64,000 bases of DNA from Abditibacteriaceae bacterium (GCA_965277285.1 OZ255721.1:2304001-2368000), one strand, 5' to 3'. Positions 21,001 through 31,724 are shown, counted from the stretch's first letter. The notes: a model not told the origin generated them from the sequence alone. Translations and numbers: made by a program.

Positions 21001-23178
21001 ATGAAAAGACGGAGTTTTTTTCGCATTCGAGTACTCGTTTCGGCTTCTGTTGCGCTTGGCGCCATTTTGTGCGGGACGAGTATCTCCAAAGCGCAAACGT
21101 TGAACTACAGCACGACGTGGCTGGGCAACACGTTTGGTGGCGGCGCCAATTGGGTGCAGAACTCCGTCGAGGGAATATGGGTCGCGCCCGATGGCACGGT
21201 TTATACGGCCAGTGGTTGGGATGAAGGCGGGCGCGAGTTCGGAATCTACCGCGACGGGCGGATTGCCGGTACCATTCCCGACACGCATGGTTGGGGAACC
21301 GGCGGCGGTCAGGCCATTGTCGCGGACGACAACTATATCTTCATCGCGCACACGCACGGCAACGAAGGCGGTGGCTTGAAAGGCGAGCCGTATCCGCCCA
21401 AGGGATTCGACTGGATCGTTGTTTCGCGGCGCCACAAAGATGGTTCGCACGCGCCGTTCGCGGGCGGCAAAGGTCGTTTCGGCGATATGCTGGTGTTGCA
21501 TGAAGTGCCAAACGGCACCAATGCGCCGATACGCGGTTTAGCTTTGGACAGGCAAGATCGCCTTTATGTCAGCGACGGGCAAAGCGGCGAAATCAAAGTC
21601 TTCGACAGCGAGAAGATGACGCCAGTTGCTTCCTGGAAAGTGCCGCGTCCGCAATCTCTGGCCTTCGATGCGCGCGGATTTCTGTGGGTTTTGCAAGAAG
21701 GCGAAAACGGCGGCGCTTGGAACGCTTTGTGTTTTTCGCGCGATGGTGTTTTACAGGCGCCGCAACTTCAATTTGCGCTCGCTGTCCTCCCTACGTCGCT
21801 GGCCTTCGATGCCAAAAACACGCTTTATGTGACAGACAATGGTCACGCGCAGCAGGTTTTGATTTACACGAACTGCGCGACCAATCCACAACTGGCGCGC
21901 ACTTTTGGCGAGCGTGACGGAATCTTTGGCGGCAAAACTTCGGGCAAAAGCGCGCCGCAGCGTTTCAGTGGCCCAACTGGTGTCGGCGTCGATGCGAGCG
22001 GAAACTTGTATGTCGGTTGCACTCAATCTGGCGGCGGAACGGTTTTGCGCTCGTTCGATCTCAAAGGCAAAATGCGCTGGGCATTGTTGGGACTGGAGTT
22101 CGTCGATGGCGCCGATGTGGATCCCTCTTCCGACGGCGCTGATGTGTGGACAACCAAAAATCGCTATTCGCTCGATTGGAGCAAGCCCGCGGGCAAACAG
22201 TGGACGTGGCGTTCTCGAACCGTCGATCCGTTTCGCTTTCCCGACGATCCGCGATTGAACCAGGGGCATCACGATTTCGCGGGCGCGCTTTTTCGGCGTC
22301 TTGGTGGAAAGCCGTTTCTTGTCGTGCGCGGAATGTTTCAACACGCGCTGGTAATTTATCGAATCCAGGGCGAAATCGCGGTTCCCAGCGTGATGTTTTC
22401 TAAAGGCCCGTATCTCAATGGGCGCTGGAAACAAGTGCCTCAACCCGCCAATGGACGCTGGATGTGGCGCGATCTCAATGGCAACGGCGGCTTTGAAGCC
22501 AACGAATTTTTGGATGTCGGCGAGGAAAACGATCCCGAATCGTGGGCGTGGTGGATGGACGAGCAGGGCGGCATCTGGCAAGGACAACAAGACGGCGCGC
22601 AGCCGATTCGCTATTATCCGTTACAAGGACTGGATCGCGTGGGCAACCCACTTTACAGCCGCGCGACTTCAAAAACCTTTGATTTGCCCGCACCGCTAAA
22701 TCATTTATTACGCATCGAGTACTCGACACGCGACGACGTGATGTATCTGACCGGATATACGACCGATCACCCGAAAATCGGCGGTGAGTGGGGCCAAGTC
22801 GGAACCGAAGTGTTGCGTTTCGACAACTGGAGCAAAGGCAATCGCGCTCCTCGCTGGCGCATCGCTTTGCCTTATCAGTCTGAAACCGCCGTTCAGAACC
22901 CCGGTTCTTCCGTTTCCAATGCGACTATCAAATCGTTTTGCGTGGCGGGCGATGCCGCTTTTGCCGTCGAATCGCGCACTGCGAAAGTTCATGTTTACGA
23001 CACGCGAACGGGCGTTAAACTGGGCGAAATGACGCCTGGCGCGGAAGTTTCCAGAGAAAGCGGCTGGGTCGATTTTCCCGATGCGATTCGCGCTTTTCGC
23101 CGCAAAAATGGCGAGTATCTCGTCTTTGTCGAAGAAGATGCAAAAGCCAAGATCATCGTTTATCGCTGGAAACCCTGA
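21001..23178 (+). CDS. Secreted NHL-repeat/beta-propeller protein
   Basis: Signal peptide; repeats GLALDRQDRLYVSD, LAFDAKNTLYVTD, GVGVDASGNLYV. Confidence 0.75.
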   Translation: MKRRSFFRIRVLVSASVALGAILCGTSISKAQTLNYSTTWLGNTFGGGANWVQNSVEGIWVAPDGTVYTASGWDEGGREFGIYRDGRIAGTIPDTHGWGTGGGQAIVADDNYIFIAHTHGNEGGGLKGEPYPPKGFDWIVVSRRHKDGSHAPFAGGKGRFGDMLVLHEVPNGTNAPIRGLALDRQDRLYVSDGQSGEIKVFDSEKMTPVASWKVPRPQSLAFDARGFLWVLQEGENGGAWNALCFSRDGVLQAPQLQFALAVLPTSLAFDAKNTLYVTDNGHAQQVLIYTNCATNPQLARTFGERDGIFGGKTSGKSAPQRFSGPTGVGVDASGNLYVGCTQSGGGTVLRSFDLKGKMRWALLGLEFVDGADVDPSSDGADVWTTKNRYSLDWSKPAGKQWTWRSRTVDPFRFPDDPRLNQGHHDFAGALFRRLGGKPFLVVRGMFQHALVIYRIQGEIAVPSVMFSKGPYLNGRWKQVPQPANGRWMWRDLNGNGGFEANEFLDVGEENDPESWAWWMDEQGGIWQGQQDGAQPIRYYPLQGLDRVGNPLYSRATSKTFDLPAPLNHLLRIEYSTRDDVMYLTGYTTDHPKIGGEWGQVGTEVLRFDNWSKGNRAPRWRIALPYQSETAVQNPGSSVSNATIKSFCVAGDAAFAVESRTAKVHVYDTRTGVKLGEMTPGAEVSRESGWVDFPDAIRAFRRKNGEYLVFVEEDAKAKIIVYRWKP

Positions 23179-23318
23179 AGGGCGCCGTTCGCTGCATACT
23201 GGAACAAGGCTGAAGGCGCGCTCTACCATGAATTGCAGCGTGGACAATTTGTTTTGTGCGTCAATTGTGGGCAACCGGTGCAAGAAGGCGAAACGCTATA
23301 TGAAGAACCCCGCCAATT

Positions 23319-23972
23319 ATGATAATCAAGCCTCATTCCAAAGTTATTTTTATTGGCGATTCCATTACTAACAGTGGCCGCATGCAACCGCAGGGTGAAG
23401 GCTTGTGCGGCGCAGTTGGAAAACGTCCAGGCTACGTTCAATATGTGGACGCTTTGTTGAACGCTGTTTATCCTAAACGCGCGATTCGCGTGGTTAATAA
23501 AGGCCATGGTGGCGATACGGTTCATGAACTCAAAGCGCGTTGAAACGACGATGTTCTCGAACTACGTCCCGATTGGCTCTCGGTGATGATTGGCATCAAC
23601 GATATATGGCTCCAGTCAGACCACTTAAAACAAAACGATTTTCAAGTTTTAACCGATGAGTATGAAACGATTTTGCGCGAGTTAGTATCACAAACGCGCC
23701 CAACCCTGCAAGGCTTGGTTCTGATGGCGCCTTTCATAATCGAAAACAATCGTAGCAACCAAATGTGCATCCATGTGGAGCAATATGGCGAAATTGTGAG
23801 GCAAATTGCGCAGCAACACGGCGCTATTTTTGTGGATACGCAAGCCGCGTTCAATCGAGTACTCGAACACGAGCCTGCAAGTGCGTTGACTTGGGACAGC
23901 ATTCATCCCAATCATATCGGGCACATGATTGTGGCTCGCGCGTGGCTCGAAGCCATCAACTTTCACTGGTAG
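23319..23972 (+). pseudogene. SGNH hydrolase paralog with in-frame stop
   Basis: FIGDSIT...ELKAR-TGA(23541-23543)-NDDVLELRPDW aligns with ARWQRDVLDLQPDW in the paralog (TGG>TGA). Confidence 0.85.
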
Positions 23973-23973
23973 G

Positions 23974-24063
23974 ATAGCCACAAAGAACACAAAGAGGCTT
24001 CAAAGAAAGAGTTTCACTCATCGAGGAATCAATCTTTGTGTTCTCTGTGTTTTTTGTGGCTAT
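23974..24063. repeat. MITE-like element, inverted copy of 20849-20956
   Basis: Internal GGCTTCAAAGAAAGAGTTTCACTCATCGAGG is the reverse complement of the first copy's core. Confidence 0.85.
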
Positions 24064-25335
24064 TCATTCGTGACGCAAAGCCGCCAACGGATCAAGCCGT
24101 GCGGCGCGGTTGGCGGGATAAACGCCTGCTAAAACGCCGATCAGCAAAGCGAAGAACAAGGCTTGCACTATCAAAATCGGCGTGATGATGAACAAGTTGT
24201 CGGGCAATGGCAAGGCGCGTTGTTTCGCCAGGTGCAGCGCCAAGGCGTTCAATCCGCGACCCAAAAGCCAACTTAAAACCAGGCCGACGGCGCCGCCTAT
24301 CAAGCCGATAAAACCCGCTTCCATCATAAACATCTGGCGAATGTCGCCGCGACTGGCGCCCATCGCTTTCAACGTCCCGATTTCGCGCGTCCTTTCGTAA
24401 ATCGACATAATCATGGTATTGACGATGCCGATGCAGGCGACCAGCAGCGCGATGCTCGAAACCATAGCCAGCATCGCCGTGATGACCGTAAAAATGCGGT
24501 CAGCGACATTCAGAATCGCATCAATCGATTGAACTTGATACTTTTCGCCGCGCAAGCGCGTCACCAGAACTTTGGCGGTGCTGACATCAACCGCGCGCAA
24601 ATTCACCGAATCGTAGCCTTGCGTTTGAACGATGTTCGGCGCATTGAACCACCAGCTTTTAATCGCCAGTCGGTCAGCGTCGGAAACTTTGGCGTTGGCC
24701 GTGTTTCCTTCCGTAATACCCACTAATTTCAAAGCAAAGGTTTTCTTTTCGCCGCGCGGCGCATAAAGCGTCAAATCGAAGGATTTGCCCAGCACTTTCG
24801 AGTACTCGATTTTGGGAACATCGGCGTCTTCCAGCGTGCCGCGGCTGAGCGTCATCGTGCCGCGTGTCGAAGCCACCTGGCCGATGGCGGCAGTCGGGGC
24901 AGAAACTCCGGCAAAGGGGCCGCGACGACGCTCGCCATCGCCCGACAATTGAACGGAAACGATTTGCCCTTTGAGTTTGACGCTGGCCTCGATGCCAAAC
25001 GGCAGCGTGACTTGCGGCTCGATTTCGCGCACTTCGGGCCACGCTTTCCAACGCTTGATGTCGGCGTCCGTGATGATTTTGCTGCGCTTGCCGCCTTGAA
25101 ACGGATTGAAATCGCTTTCATCGGTCGCCTGCTCGGTTTTTGGCGAAACCACGACGCGATCCAGGCCGATTTCCTCGAACTGCTTTTGCACTTGAGCGCG
25201 CACGCCGTTGACTAGCGAAATCATCGTCACCACGGTCATAATGCCGACGATGACGCCAATCGAAGTCAAAACCGTGCGCACCTTGCGCCGCCCCAGATTT
25301 GAAACCGCCGTTCCCGCCTTATCGCGCAACGTCAT
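24064..25335 (-). CDS. ABC transporter permease (MacB/FtsX family)
   Basis: RTVLTSIGVIVG, GIVNTMIMSIYERTREIGTLKAMGA, YPANRAARLDPLAALRHE. Confidence 0.93.
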   Translation of the reverse strand: MTLRDKAGTAVSNLGRRKVRTVLTSIGVIVGIMTVVTMISLVNGVRAQVQKQFEEIGLDRVVVSPKTEQATDESDFNPFQGGKRSKIITDADIKRWKAWPEVREIEPQVTLPFGIEASVKLKGQIVSVQLSGDGERRRGPFAGVSAPTAAIGQVASTRGTMTLSRGTLEDADVPKIEYSKVLGKSFDLTLYAPRGEKKTFALKLVGITEGNTANAKVSDADRLAIKSWWFNAPNIVQTQGYDSVNLRAVDVSTAKVLVTRLRGEKYQVQSIDAILNVADRIFTVITAMLAMVSSIALLVACIGIVNTMIMSIYERTREIGTLKAMGASRGDIRQMFMMEAGFIGLIGGAVGLVLSWLLGRGLNALALHLAKQRALPLPDNLFIITPILIVQALFFALLIGVLAGVYPANRAARLDPLAALRHE

Positions 25336-25364
25336 AAAGTTTCTCCGTTGTCATTGTTAAAGCA

Positions 25365-25426
25365 GGGCAACCACAAGGGTTGCCCCTACGATGCCGCCGA
25401 TGTAGGGGCAGCCCTTGTGGTTGCCC
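25365..25426. repeat. GTAG-type REP inverted pair
   Basis: GGGCAACCACAAGGGTTGCCCCTAC ... GTAGGGGCAGCCCTTGTGGTTGCCC. Confidence 0.85.
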
Positions 25427-25432
25427 ACATTA

Positions 25433-26167
25433 TCAAACTGCCGCCGCATCAAGTACTCGATGCTCCGCCGCGCGCGTTTCGATGCGCTGAATCTTGCCGT
25501 CCAACATATGAACGATGCGGTCGGCGAAAGCGGCGACTTGCGGGTCGTGCGTTACCAAAACCAACGTCACGCCTTGTGTTGCAACGGCGTCGCGCAATAA
25601 ATTCAAAATCTCTTTGCCGGTTTGCGAATCTAAGTTTCCGGTCGGTTCATCGGCCAATAACAAAAGCGGACGATTTGCTAAAGAGCGCGCGACGGCGACG
25701 CGTTGCATTTCGCCGCCCGACAATTGGTTCGGCTTGTGGTCGGCGCGCTTTGCTAAACCGACGGCTTCCAAAAGTTCGAGCGCGCGCGTGCGGCGTTCTT
25801 TCGGTTTGACATCGGCCAGCATGAGCGGCGTTTCAACGTTTTCCACCGCGCTGCGCATCACCAGCAAATTGAACGATTGGAAAATAAAACCAATGCGCTT
25901 GCGCCGATATTGCACCAATTCTTTATCGCTGGCGCGGCCAAGTTCCAAAGCGGCGACGTGAATTTCGCCGCCGCTTGGTCTATCTAAACCGCCCAAGAGG
26001 TTGAGCAAAGTCGATTTGCCCGAACCCGAAGGCCCGACCAGCGCGACGAATTCGCCCTGCGCGACTTCCAAACTGACTCTATCGAGCGCCCGCACAGTTT
26101 CCTGACCAATCGTGTAATGGCGCGCTAAATGGACGGCGCGAATCAAAGGTTCTGAGGGATTTTGCAT
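25433..26167 (-). CDS. ABC transporter ATP-binding protein (MacB/LolD-like)
   Basis: GPSGSGKST, LSGGEMQRVA, LLADEPTGNLD, VTHD. Confidence 0.95.
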   Translation of the reverse strand: MQNPSEPLIRAVHLARHYTIGQETVRALDRVSLEVAQGEFVALVGPSGSGKSTLLNLLGGLDRPSGGEIHVAALELGRASDKELVQYRRKRIGFIFQSFNLLVMRSAVENVETPLMLADVKPKERRTRALELLEAVGLAKRADHKPNQLSGGEMQRVAVARSLANRPLLLLADEPTGNLDSQTGKEILNLLRDAVATQGVTLVLVTHDPQVAAFADRIVHMLDGKIQRIETRAAEHRVLDAAAV

Positions 26168-26278
26168 GAAAGTTCTTCAATCGAGTACTCAATTAGGTTT
26201 TTGATGTCTGGCGTATCTTTTTCAACGATAATTTACTCGATAAATGTTGAAGCTGCGTATTATTTAACAAAGGACAAC

Positions 26279-26920
26279 ATGAAACTTCAGACATCTCAGA
26301 AACTGCTTTTTATTGGCGATTCGATCACCGATTGTGGACGCGCGCGCTTCGACGAAAAAGGCGCCGATTTGGGCAACGGCTACGTCCGCGATATTGCTGC
26401 GCTACTCGGCGCCACCTATCCCAATTATACGCTGGAAATTGTCAACAAAGGCATCGGCGGCAATACGACGCGCGACCTCAAAGCGCGCTGGGACAATGAC
26501 GTTTCGCGCCTGCATCCCGATTGGTTGACGATCATAATCGGCACCAACGATGTGTGGCGTCAATTCGATGCGCCCGACCAAGACCATGTTCTGCCCGACG
26601 AATTTGAAGCGAATTTGCGCCAACTTATTTCGGGTGTTCCACCGCAGCTTTCCAGCGGTTTGGTGCTGATGACGCCGTTTTTTATCGAGCCATCGCGCGC
26701 CGACCCGATGCGCGCTCGCATGGACGAATACAGCGACATCGTGCGAAAAGTCGCGCGCGAAAGCGACGCCATCTTTGTGGATACGCAAGCCGCCTTCAAT
26801 CGAGTACTCGAAGTTCAGCCGTCGTCCGCGCTGGCCGATGATCGCGTTCATCCAAACGCAATTGGACACATGGTGATTGCGCGCGCCTGGCTGAACGCCA
26901 TCGGTTTCTCGTGGTCGTAA
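26279..26920 (+). CDS. SGNH/GDSL hydrolase
   Basis: FIGDSITD, NKGIGG, IGTND, DRVHP; RBS AAGGA. Confidence 0.92.
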   Translation: MKLQTSQKLLFIGDSITDCGRARFDEKGADLGNGYVRDIAALLGATYPNYTLEIVNKGIGGNTTRDLKARWDNDVSRLHPDWLTIIIGTNDVWRQFDAPDQDHVLPDEFEANLRQLISGVPPQLSSGLVLMTPFFIEPSRADPMRARMDEYSDIVRKVARESDAIFVDTQAAFNRVLEVQPSSALADDRVHPNAIGHMVIARAWLNAIGFSWS

Positions 26921-27044
26921 ACAGAATAAAAGAATTTACCGCAGAGGACGCAGAGATAAAGAGGTGGAAATCGAGTGCTCGAAACCACGAGTTTTGTCAT
27001 TCCAAGAGTATGTAAAGAAAGTAGAAGAAAATGTCGAACTCACA

Positions 27045-27114
27045 GTTTGTCATTCTGAGTGAAACGAAGAATCTAACTTCAACCAGATTCTTCGTTTCAC
27101 TCGGAATGACAAAC
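27045..27114. repeat. REP-like hairpin family B, copy 1 (GTCATTCTGAG...GAAGAATCT)
   Basis: Inverted repeat; related copies at 29175 and 41398. Confidence 0.85.
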
Positions 27115-27252
27115 TTTTACGACGATTCCGTTCTCTTCTTTTGCCTTTGCGCACTTCGTGTCCTTCGCGGTTCAAACTCTTGTGTGAAATTCCATCTTGT
27201 TCCATGCGCCGTTTCCCGTCACACTTCGCCCATCTTTCCACGGAGTTTTTCC

Positions 27253-29133
27253 ATGATCAAAGTCGCTATGATTGGCGCTGGCAGTGTTGTGTTTTCCAAA
27301 AACCTGACCGGCGATATTCTGTCGTTTCCCGAATTCAAAAACGCCACTTTATGTTACATGGACATCGACGAGGAACGCTTGCGCGTCGGCGCCGATTTGT
27401 GTCGCAAAGTCGCTAAAACGCTCGGTGCAAACCCGACCATTGAAGCGACAACCGACCGTCGCAAAGCACTTGAAGGCGCCGATTTCGTCATTAACATGGT
27501 GCAAATCGGCGGCTTCAATTCGACGCTCGTCGATTTTGAAATCCCGCGCAAATACGGCTTGAACTTCACGATTGCCGATACGACGGGGCCGGGCGGATTG
27601 TTCCGTGCGCTGCGCACCTTTCCGATGTTGTCGGGATTAGCGCGCGAAATGGACGAAATTTGTCCGAACGCGACGTTGCTCAATTATTCCAATCCGATGA
27701 GCATGAACATTCAAACCGTGACGCGCACCAGCAACATTCGCGTCGTCGGCTTGTGCCACAGTGTTCAAGGAACACTCGATGAAATCACGCGCTACCTTGG
27801 CGAAAAAAGTGAAGATGTCGCCTTTATCTGCGCTGGCATCAATCACATGGCGTTCTATTTGAAACTGGAAAAAGATGGCGTTGACCTTTATCCGCGCTTG
27901 TTCGAGGCGATGAACGATCCGGCGATTTTCGCCAAGAACAAAGTGCGTTTTGAGTTGATGAAGCGTTTGGGTTATTTTGTGACCGAATCGAGCGAGCATA
28001 ACGCCGAATATTCGCCGTATTTTATTCCTCACGGTCAAAAGATGATCGACAAATACGATGTTCCAATTGACGAATATCTGCGGCGCTGCGACGGCATTGT
28101 CGATGAATTTGAAAGGATGAAAGCGTTCTCCAAAAGCGATGCGCCAATGGAAGTTCATCGCAGTCACGAATATGGTAGCACGATTATTCATTCGATGGTG
28201 ACGGGAAAACCGAGCGTTGTTTATGGCAATATGCCGAACAACGGCGCGATTTCCAATTTGCCGCGCACTTGCATCGCCGAAGTTGCAACGTTGGTGGATC
28301 GCGCCGGTTTGCAGCCAACAACGGTTGGCGAACTGCCGCCGCAATTGGTCGGTTATATGCAGCCGCACATCACGCAGCAGGAATTGTTCATCCGCGCCGC
28401 ATTGGAAGGCCGCCGCGACCACGTTTATCAGGCCGCGATGTTCGACCCGTTGACCGCCGCGACATTGACGCTCGACCAAATCGTCGAAATGTGCGACGAA
28501 CTGATCGAAGCGCAACGTGGCGCTTTGCCGGATTTGGACGCCAAGAAAACCCTTGTTCCGACATCGGGCGAAAGTTTTTCTCCACCAACCGCGCAGCAAT
28601 TGCGCGACAGTTGGGATGCGGCACAAAAACAAAAAACAGCCGACGCGATCGGCGAATGGAAAATTATCGGCCCGTTCAAAGCCGAGAAAAACGACGATTT
28701 GTTGAATCTTCAAACGCCGCTGGAATCCGAAATCGACGGAGATCGAGTACTCGATTTAGCAAAATCTTACGGCGACAGCGCCGACAAAGATAACGCGGGC
28801 GTTTTGAAGTGGAAAGACGCGCAGGCGCATAAAGGTTTTGTCGATCTGGCGAAAGCGTGCGGCGCGATTGAGTATGCGGTCGCTTATGCGTATGCGGAAA
28901 TCGAATCGGTGCATCCACGCGAAACACTTCTCAGATGTGGCAGCGACGATGGCATCAAAGTCTGGATCAACGGCAAAGTCGTCCATGAAAACGCCGTGCA
29001 GCGCAGTCACAAAGCGAACAGCGATCAGGCGCCGATTCACTTGAACGCGGGTGTTAATCGCGTTTTGGTGAAGGTTTCGCAACTCGTTGGCGGCTGGGGC
29101 TTCAGCGTCGAAATTCCTAAAGCCAACTTTTAA
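27253..29133 (+). CDS. melA: GH4 alpha-galactosidase with extra C-terminal beta-sandwich domain
   Basis: IGAGSVVF, DTTGPGG, LNYSNPM, GLCHSV, AGINH, ESSEH; extension of about 170 aa containing GSDDGIKVWING. Confidence 0.85.
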   Translation: MIKVAMIGAGSVVFSKNLTGDILSFPEFKNATLCYMDIDEERLRVGADLCRKVAKTLGANPTIEATTDRRKALEGADFVINMVQIGGFNSTLVDFEIPRKYGLNFTIADTTGPGGLFRALRTFPMLSGLAREMDEICPNATLLNYSNPMSMNIQTVTRTSNIRVVGLCHSVQGTLDEITRYLGEKSEDVAFICAGINHMAFYLKLEKDGVDLYPRLFEAMNDPAIFAKNKVRFELMKRLGYFVTESSEHNAEYSPYFIPHGQKMIDKYDVPIDEYLRRCDGIVDEFERMKAFSKSDAPMEVHRSHEYGSTIIHSMVTGKPSVVYGNMPNNGAISNLPRTCIAEVATLVDRAGLQPTTVGELPPQLVGYMQPHITQQELFIRAALEGRRDHVYQAAMFDPLTAATLTLDQIVEMCDELIEAQRGALPDLDAKKTLVPTSGESFSPPTAQQLRDSWDAAQKQKTADAIGEWKIIGPFKAEKNDDLLNLQTPLESEIDGDRVLDLAKSYGDSADKDNAGVLKWKDAQAHKGFVDLAKACGAIEYAVAYAYAEIESVHPRETLLRCGSDDGIKVWINGKVVHENAVQRSHKANSDQAPIHLNAGVNRVLVKVSQLVGGWGFSVEIPKANF

Positions 29134-29174
29134 GATTCAATTTGTGAAGAAGTAAGAATGAGCATCAGAAACTC

Positions 29175-29279
29175 GCAGTTTGTCATTCTGAGCGCAGCGA
29201 AGAATCTAAACCCGAAGTCAGATTCGGGTGCCCTTTGGGCGGCGGGTGCTCTATGGGCAGGCTCAGAATGACAAACTGC
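29175..29279. repeat. REP-like hairpin family B, copy 2 (right arm partly replaced)
   Basis: GCAGTTTGTCATTCTGAGC...GCTCAGAATGACAAACTGC. Confidence 0.8.
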
Positions 29280-29415
29280 AATCTCTCAACGGTGTTTTCT
29301 ACTTTGCAAGCCGAGTCCAAGAAAGTTGGGTTTGAAGTGAGCAACTCCAACGTAAAACGCCGAACATCGTAGTTTTGATGTTCGGCGTTTCTGTATATCG
29401 AGTACTCGGAAACGT

Positions 29416-30582
29416 TCATTTCGTGGACGCGACTGTGGCGACGGGAGCGGAGGACGGAGTGCGCATGACTCCTTGAAACGTCGTCATTTGCGGGCGATCT
29501 TTCCAATTGTCGATGTTGTTGTCGTCGCCCGCGTGATCCGGCTCGATGTCGGAGCGTTCGTTGCCGCTGCCAGTTCCCCACCACGCGCCGCCCGCCCAAT
29601 AAGTGCAACCAATAATTACGTCGCTGTTGGTTTTAATTTCGAGCAGAAAACGCTTCAGTAATTCTTGCCATTGCGCGTCTGAACCTGTGCTGAACTCGCC
29701 GACGATGCCTTGTTTGTTGTTCCGTCGCAGCCACGCGATGTAATCTTGCAAGAACTTTTTGCCACGATCGTAATCGCCGCCGGTTTGTTTTTGGAAATCA
29801 TAACCGCCGTTTTGCGCGCTGTAAGTTCCGCTGTGGTCGGCATCGAAATACTGATGCGCCTGATAAATCAGGTTGCGACCTGGATCGATCAAGTCTTTCA
29901 AGTTGTCGCTGTTCTGCGTCCAATTGTCGGCGCCGCTCCATTGATATCCGCTGACGACAATTCGAGTACTCGAATCCACGCTGCGAATCTGATTGATGGC
30001 GTCCTGCGCTGTATTCTTCCAGATGTCTTTGCCTTCTTGCGATGAACCCAAGTCGTGTGGCTCATTCATCAGGTCATAACCCCATAGCGAACGGTAAGTT
30101 TTCAATTGCGGCGCCAGTTTTTTCCACAAATTGCCCAGAGCGCGTTTGTCCAGATCGCGCCCCAGCATTTTTTCGACGCCATTGTCCTTGTAACGACAAT
30201 AGTTGTGGCAATCGACAAGAACCTTTACATTATACTTTTGCGCGTTCGCCAGAAAGCTTTGCAGGCCGCTCAAGTAATCGGCGTCAATTGCACCAAACGG
30301 CGTGCGCTGCATTCGTTCCCACAGGAAAGGCACGCGAACTAAACGCAGATTTTTCTTCGCGTAATAAGCCAGTTCGAGTTCGTTCGGCCAGGTGTAATCT
30401 TTGTTGTTGAAGCCAGGAATCGCGCCGCCGAATTCCGCGCCCGCCAGATTGACGCCCCACATAAACGCCCGAGACTTTGCCGCTGATTTCGCCTGCAACT
30501 GCGTCGTCGGCAACATCACAAGACCCGCGAGAACGATGACGCAAGCGGCTTTCGTCCAGGTTTTCCTTGGTATCCGATTCAT
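29416..30582 (-). CDS. GH5 endoglucanase-like protein, secreted
   Basis: GVNLAGAEFG, RVPFLWERMQ, DCHNY, LMNEPH, HQYFD, VGEF. Confidence 0.9.
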   Translation of the reverse strand: MNRIPRKTWTKAACVIVLAGLVMLPTTQLQAKSAAKSRAFMWGVNLAGAEFGGAIPGFNNKDYTWPNELELAYYAKKNLRLVRVPFLWERMQRTPFGAIDADYLSGLQSFLANAQKYNVKVLVDCHNYCRYKDNGVEKMLGRDLDKRALGNLWKKLAPQLKTYRSLWGYDLMNEPHDLGSSQEGKDIWKNTAQDAINQIRSVDSSTRIVVSGYQWSGADNWTQNSDNLKDLIDPGRNLIYQAHQYFDADHSGTYSAQNGGYDFQKQTGGDYDRGKKFLQDYIAWLRRNNKQGIVGEFSTGSDAQWQELLKRFLLEIKTNSDVIIGCTYWAGGAWWGTGSGNERSDIEPDHAGDDNNIDNWKDRPQMTTFQGVMRTPSSAPVATVASTK

Positions 30583-30619
30583 ATCAAAAGTCTTTGCGAC
30601 AATCGAGTACTCGATTCGG

Positions 30620-31675
30620 TTACTCGCTCAACAAATAAGCGACGACCATTTGCGCGGTGGCGACAAGCGAATCTATGTGCGTGCGTTCGTAGCCGTGCGT
30701 CGCGTCGACTCCCGGGCCAATCAGTGAGCAACGCACATCGGCGCCCGCTTTCCACAAAGCGTCGCCGTCCGAACAGTAATAAGCGAAAACGTCGGTTTTC
30801 AGGTCGATGCCATGAGTTTGCGCCAAAGACTTCAACTTTCGGCGCATTTTAGCATCGTAAGGACCGTCGTCATCGCGGGCGCAGAGCGTGCAGGAAAACT
30901 CGTCGGAATGTTGCTCATCGCCCAGCGGCGCGATGTCGAGCGCCAAAACTTCGTGCAAATCTTCGGGGAAACCGCTGGCTCCGCCATGCCCGACTTCTTC
31001 GTAATTGGCGATCAGAAAAGTCGTGCGCTGAACTGGCATTTTGCCCGCGTCGTAAATCGCTTTGATGGCGGCAAACATGGCAGCCAGGCAGCCTTTATCG
31101 TCCAGGTGGCGCGAGCGAATAAATCCGTTGACGACTTCAACGCGCGGGTCGAAATAAATAAAATCGCCGACTTCGATGCCCAGCTTTTCAGTTTCGCTTC
31201 GAGTACTCGAACGGGCATCCAGGCGCACTTCGATGGTTTTGTCGTTGCGCGGCTTGGCGTTCGGGCCTTCGCCACTTTCGTAAAGATGATGCGACGCGTT
31301 CTCGATCATCACGCTGCCACGAAACTTTTCGCCGTTGGATGCGACAACTGTGACGGTTTCGTTTTCGACGCTTGTCCACGACCAGTTGCCCAGTTGCGCC
31401 ATTTGCAAACGTCCGTTCGGCTTGATGCGCTTGACCACAGCGCCCAAAGTGTCAATGTGCGCGGTCACTCCACGCGGCTGGTCGTTTTGCGTTCCGTCCC
31501 AAGTGGCGACCAAGGCGCCTTTGCGCGTGACGCGAACGTCCAGTCCATCGAAGCGACAAACGATGTCGCGGCACAATTCGATTCCGGCTTCAGTGTCACC
31601 AACGGGACTGGGCGTATTGAGTAAATGGACGAGCGTAGAAAGCAGATAGTCGCGGTCAATTGAGGGCAAAGTCAT
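30620..31675 (-). CDS. M42 family metallopeptidase
   Basis: AHIDTLG, SRHLDDK, YEEVGHG, THGYERTH. Confidence 0.9.
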   Translation of the reverse strand: MTLPSIDRDYLLSTLVHLLNTPSPVGDTEAGIELCRDIVCRFDGLDVRVTRKGALVATWDGTQNDQPRGVTAHIDTLGAVVKRIKPNGRLQMAQLGNWSWTSVENETVTVVASNGEKFRGSVMIENASHHLYESGEGPNAKPRNDKTIEVRLDARSSTRSETEKLGIEVGDFIYFDPRVEVVNGFIRSRHLDDKGCLAAMFAAIKAIYDAGKMPVQRTTFLIANYEEVGHGGASGFPEDLHEVLALDIAPLGDEQHSDEFSCTLCARDDDGPYDAKMRRKLKSLAQTHGIDLKTDVFAYYCSDGDALWKAGADVRCSLIGPGVDATHGYERTHIDSLVATAQMVVAYLLSE

Positions 31676-31724
31676 GCGGCAAAAACTCCGGCAACGGGGA
31701 AATTGAGTACGCGAACCTAAACGT

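Noticed and set aside
23541..23543. TGA recoded as Trp or Sec
   Set aside because: Many intact genes in the window end in TGA and use TGG for Trp; a nonsense mutation in a duplicated gene is simpler.
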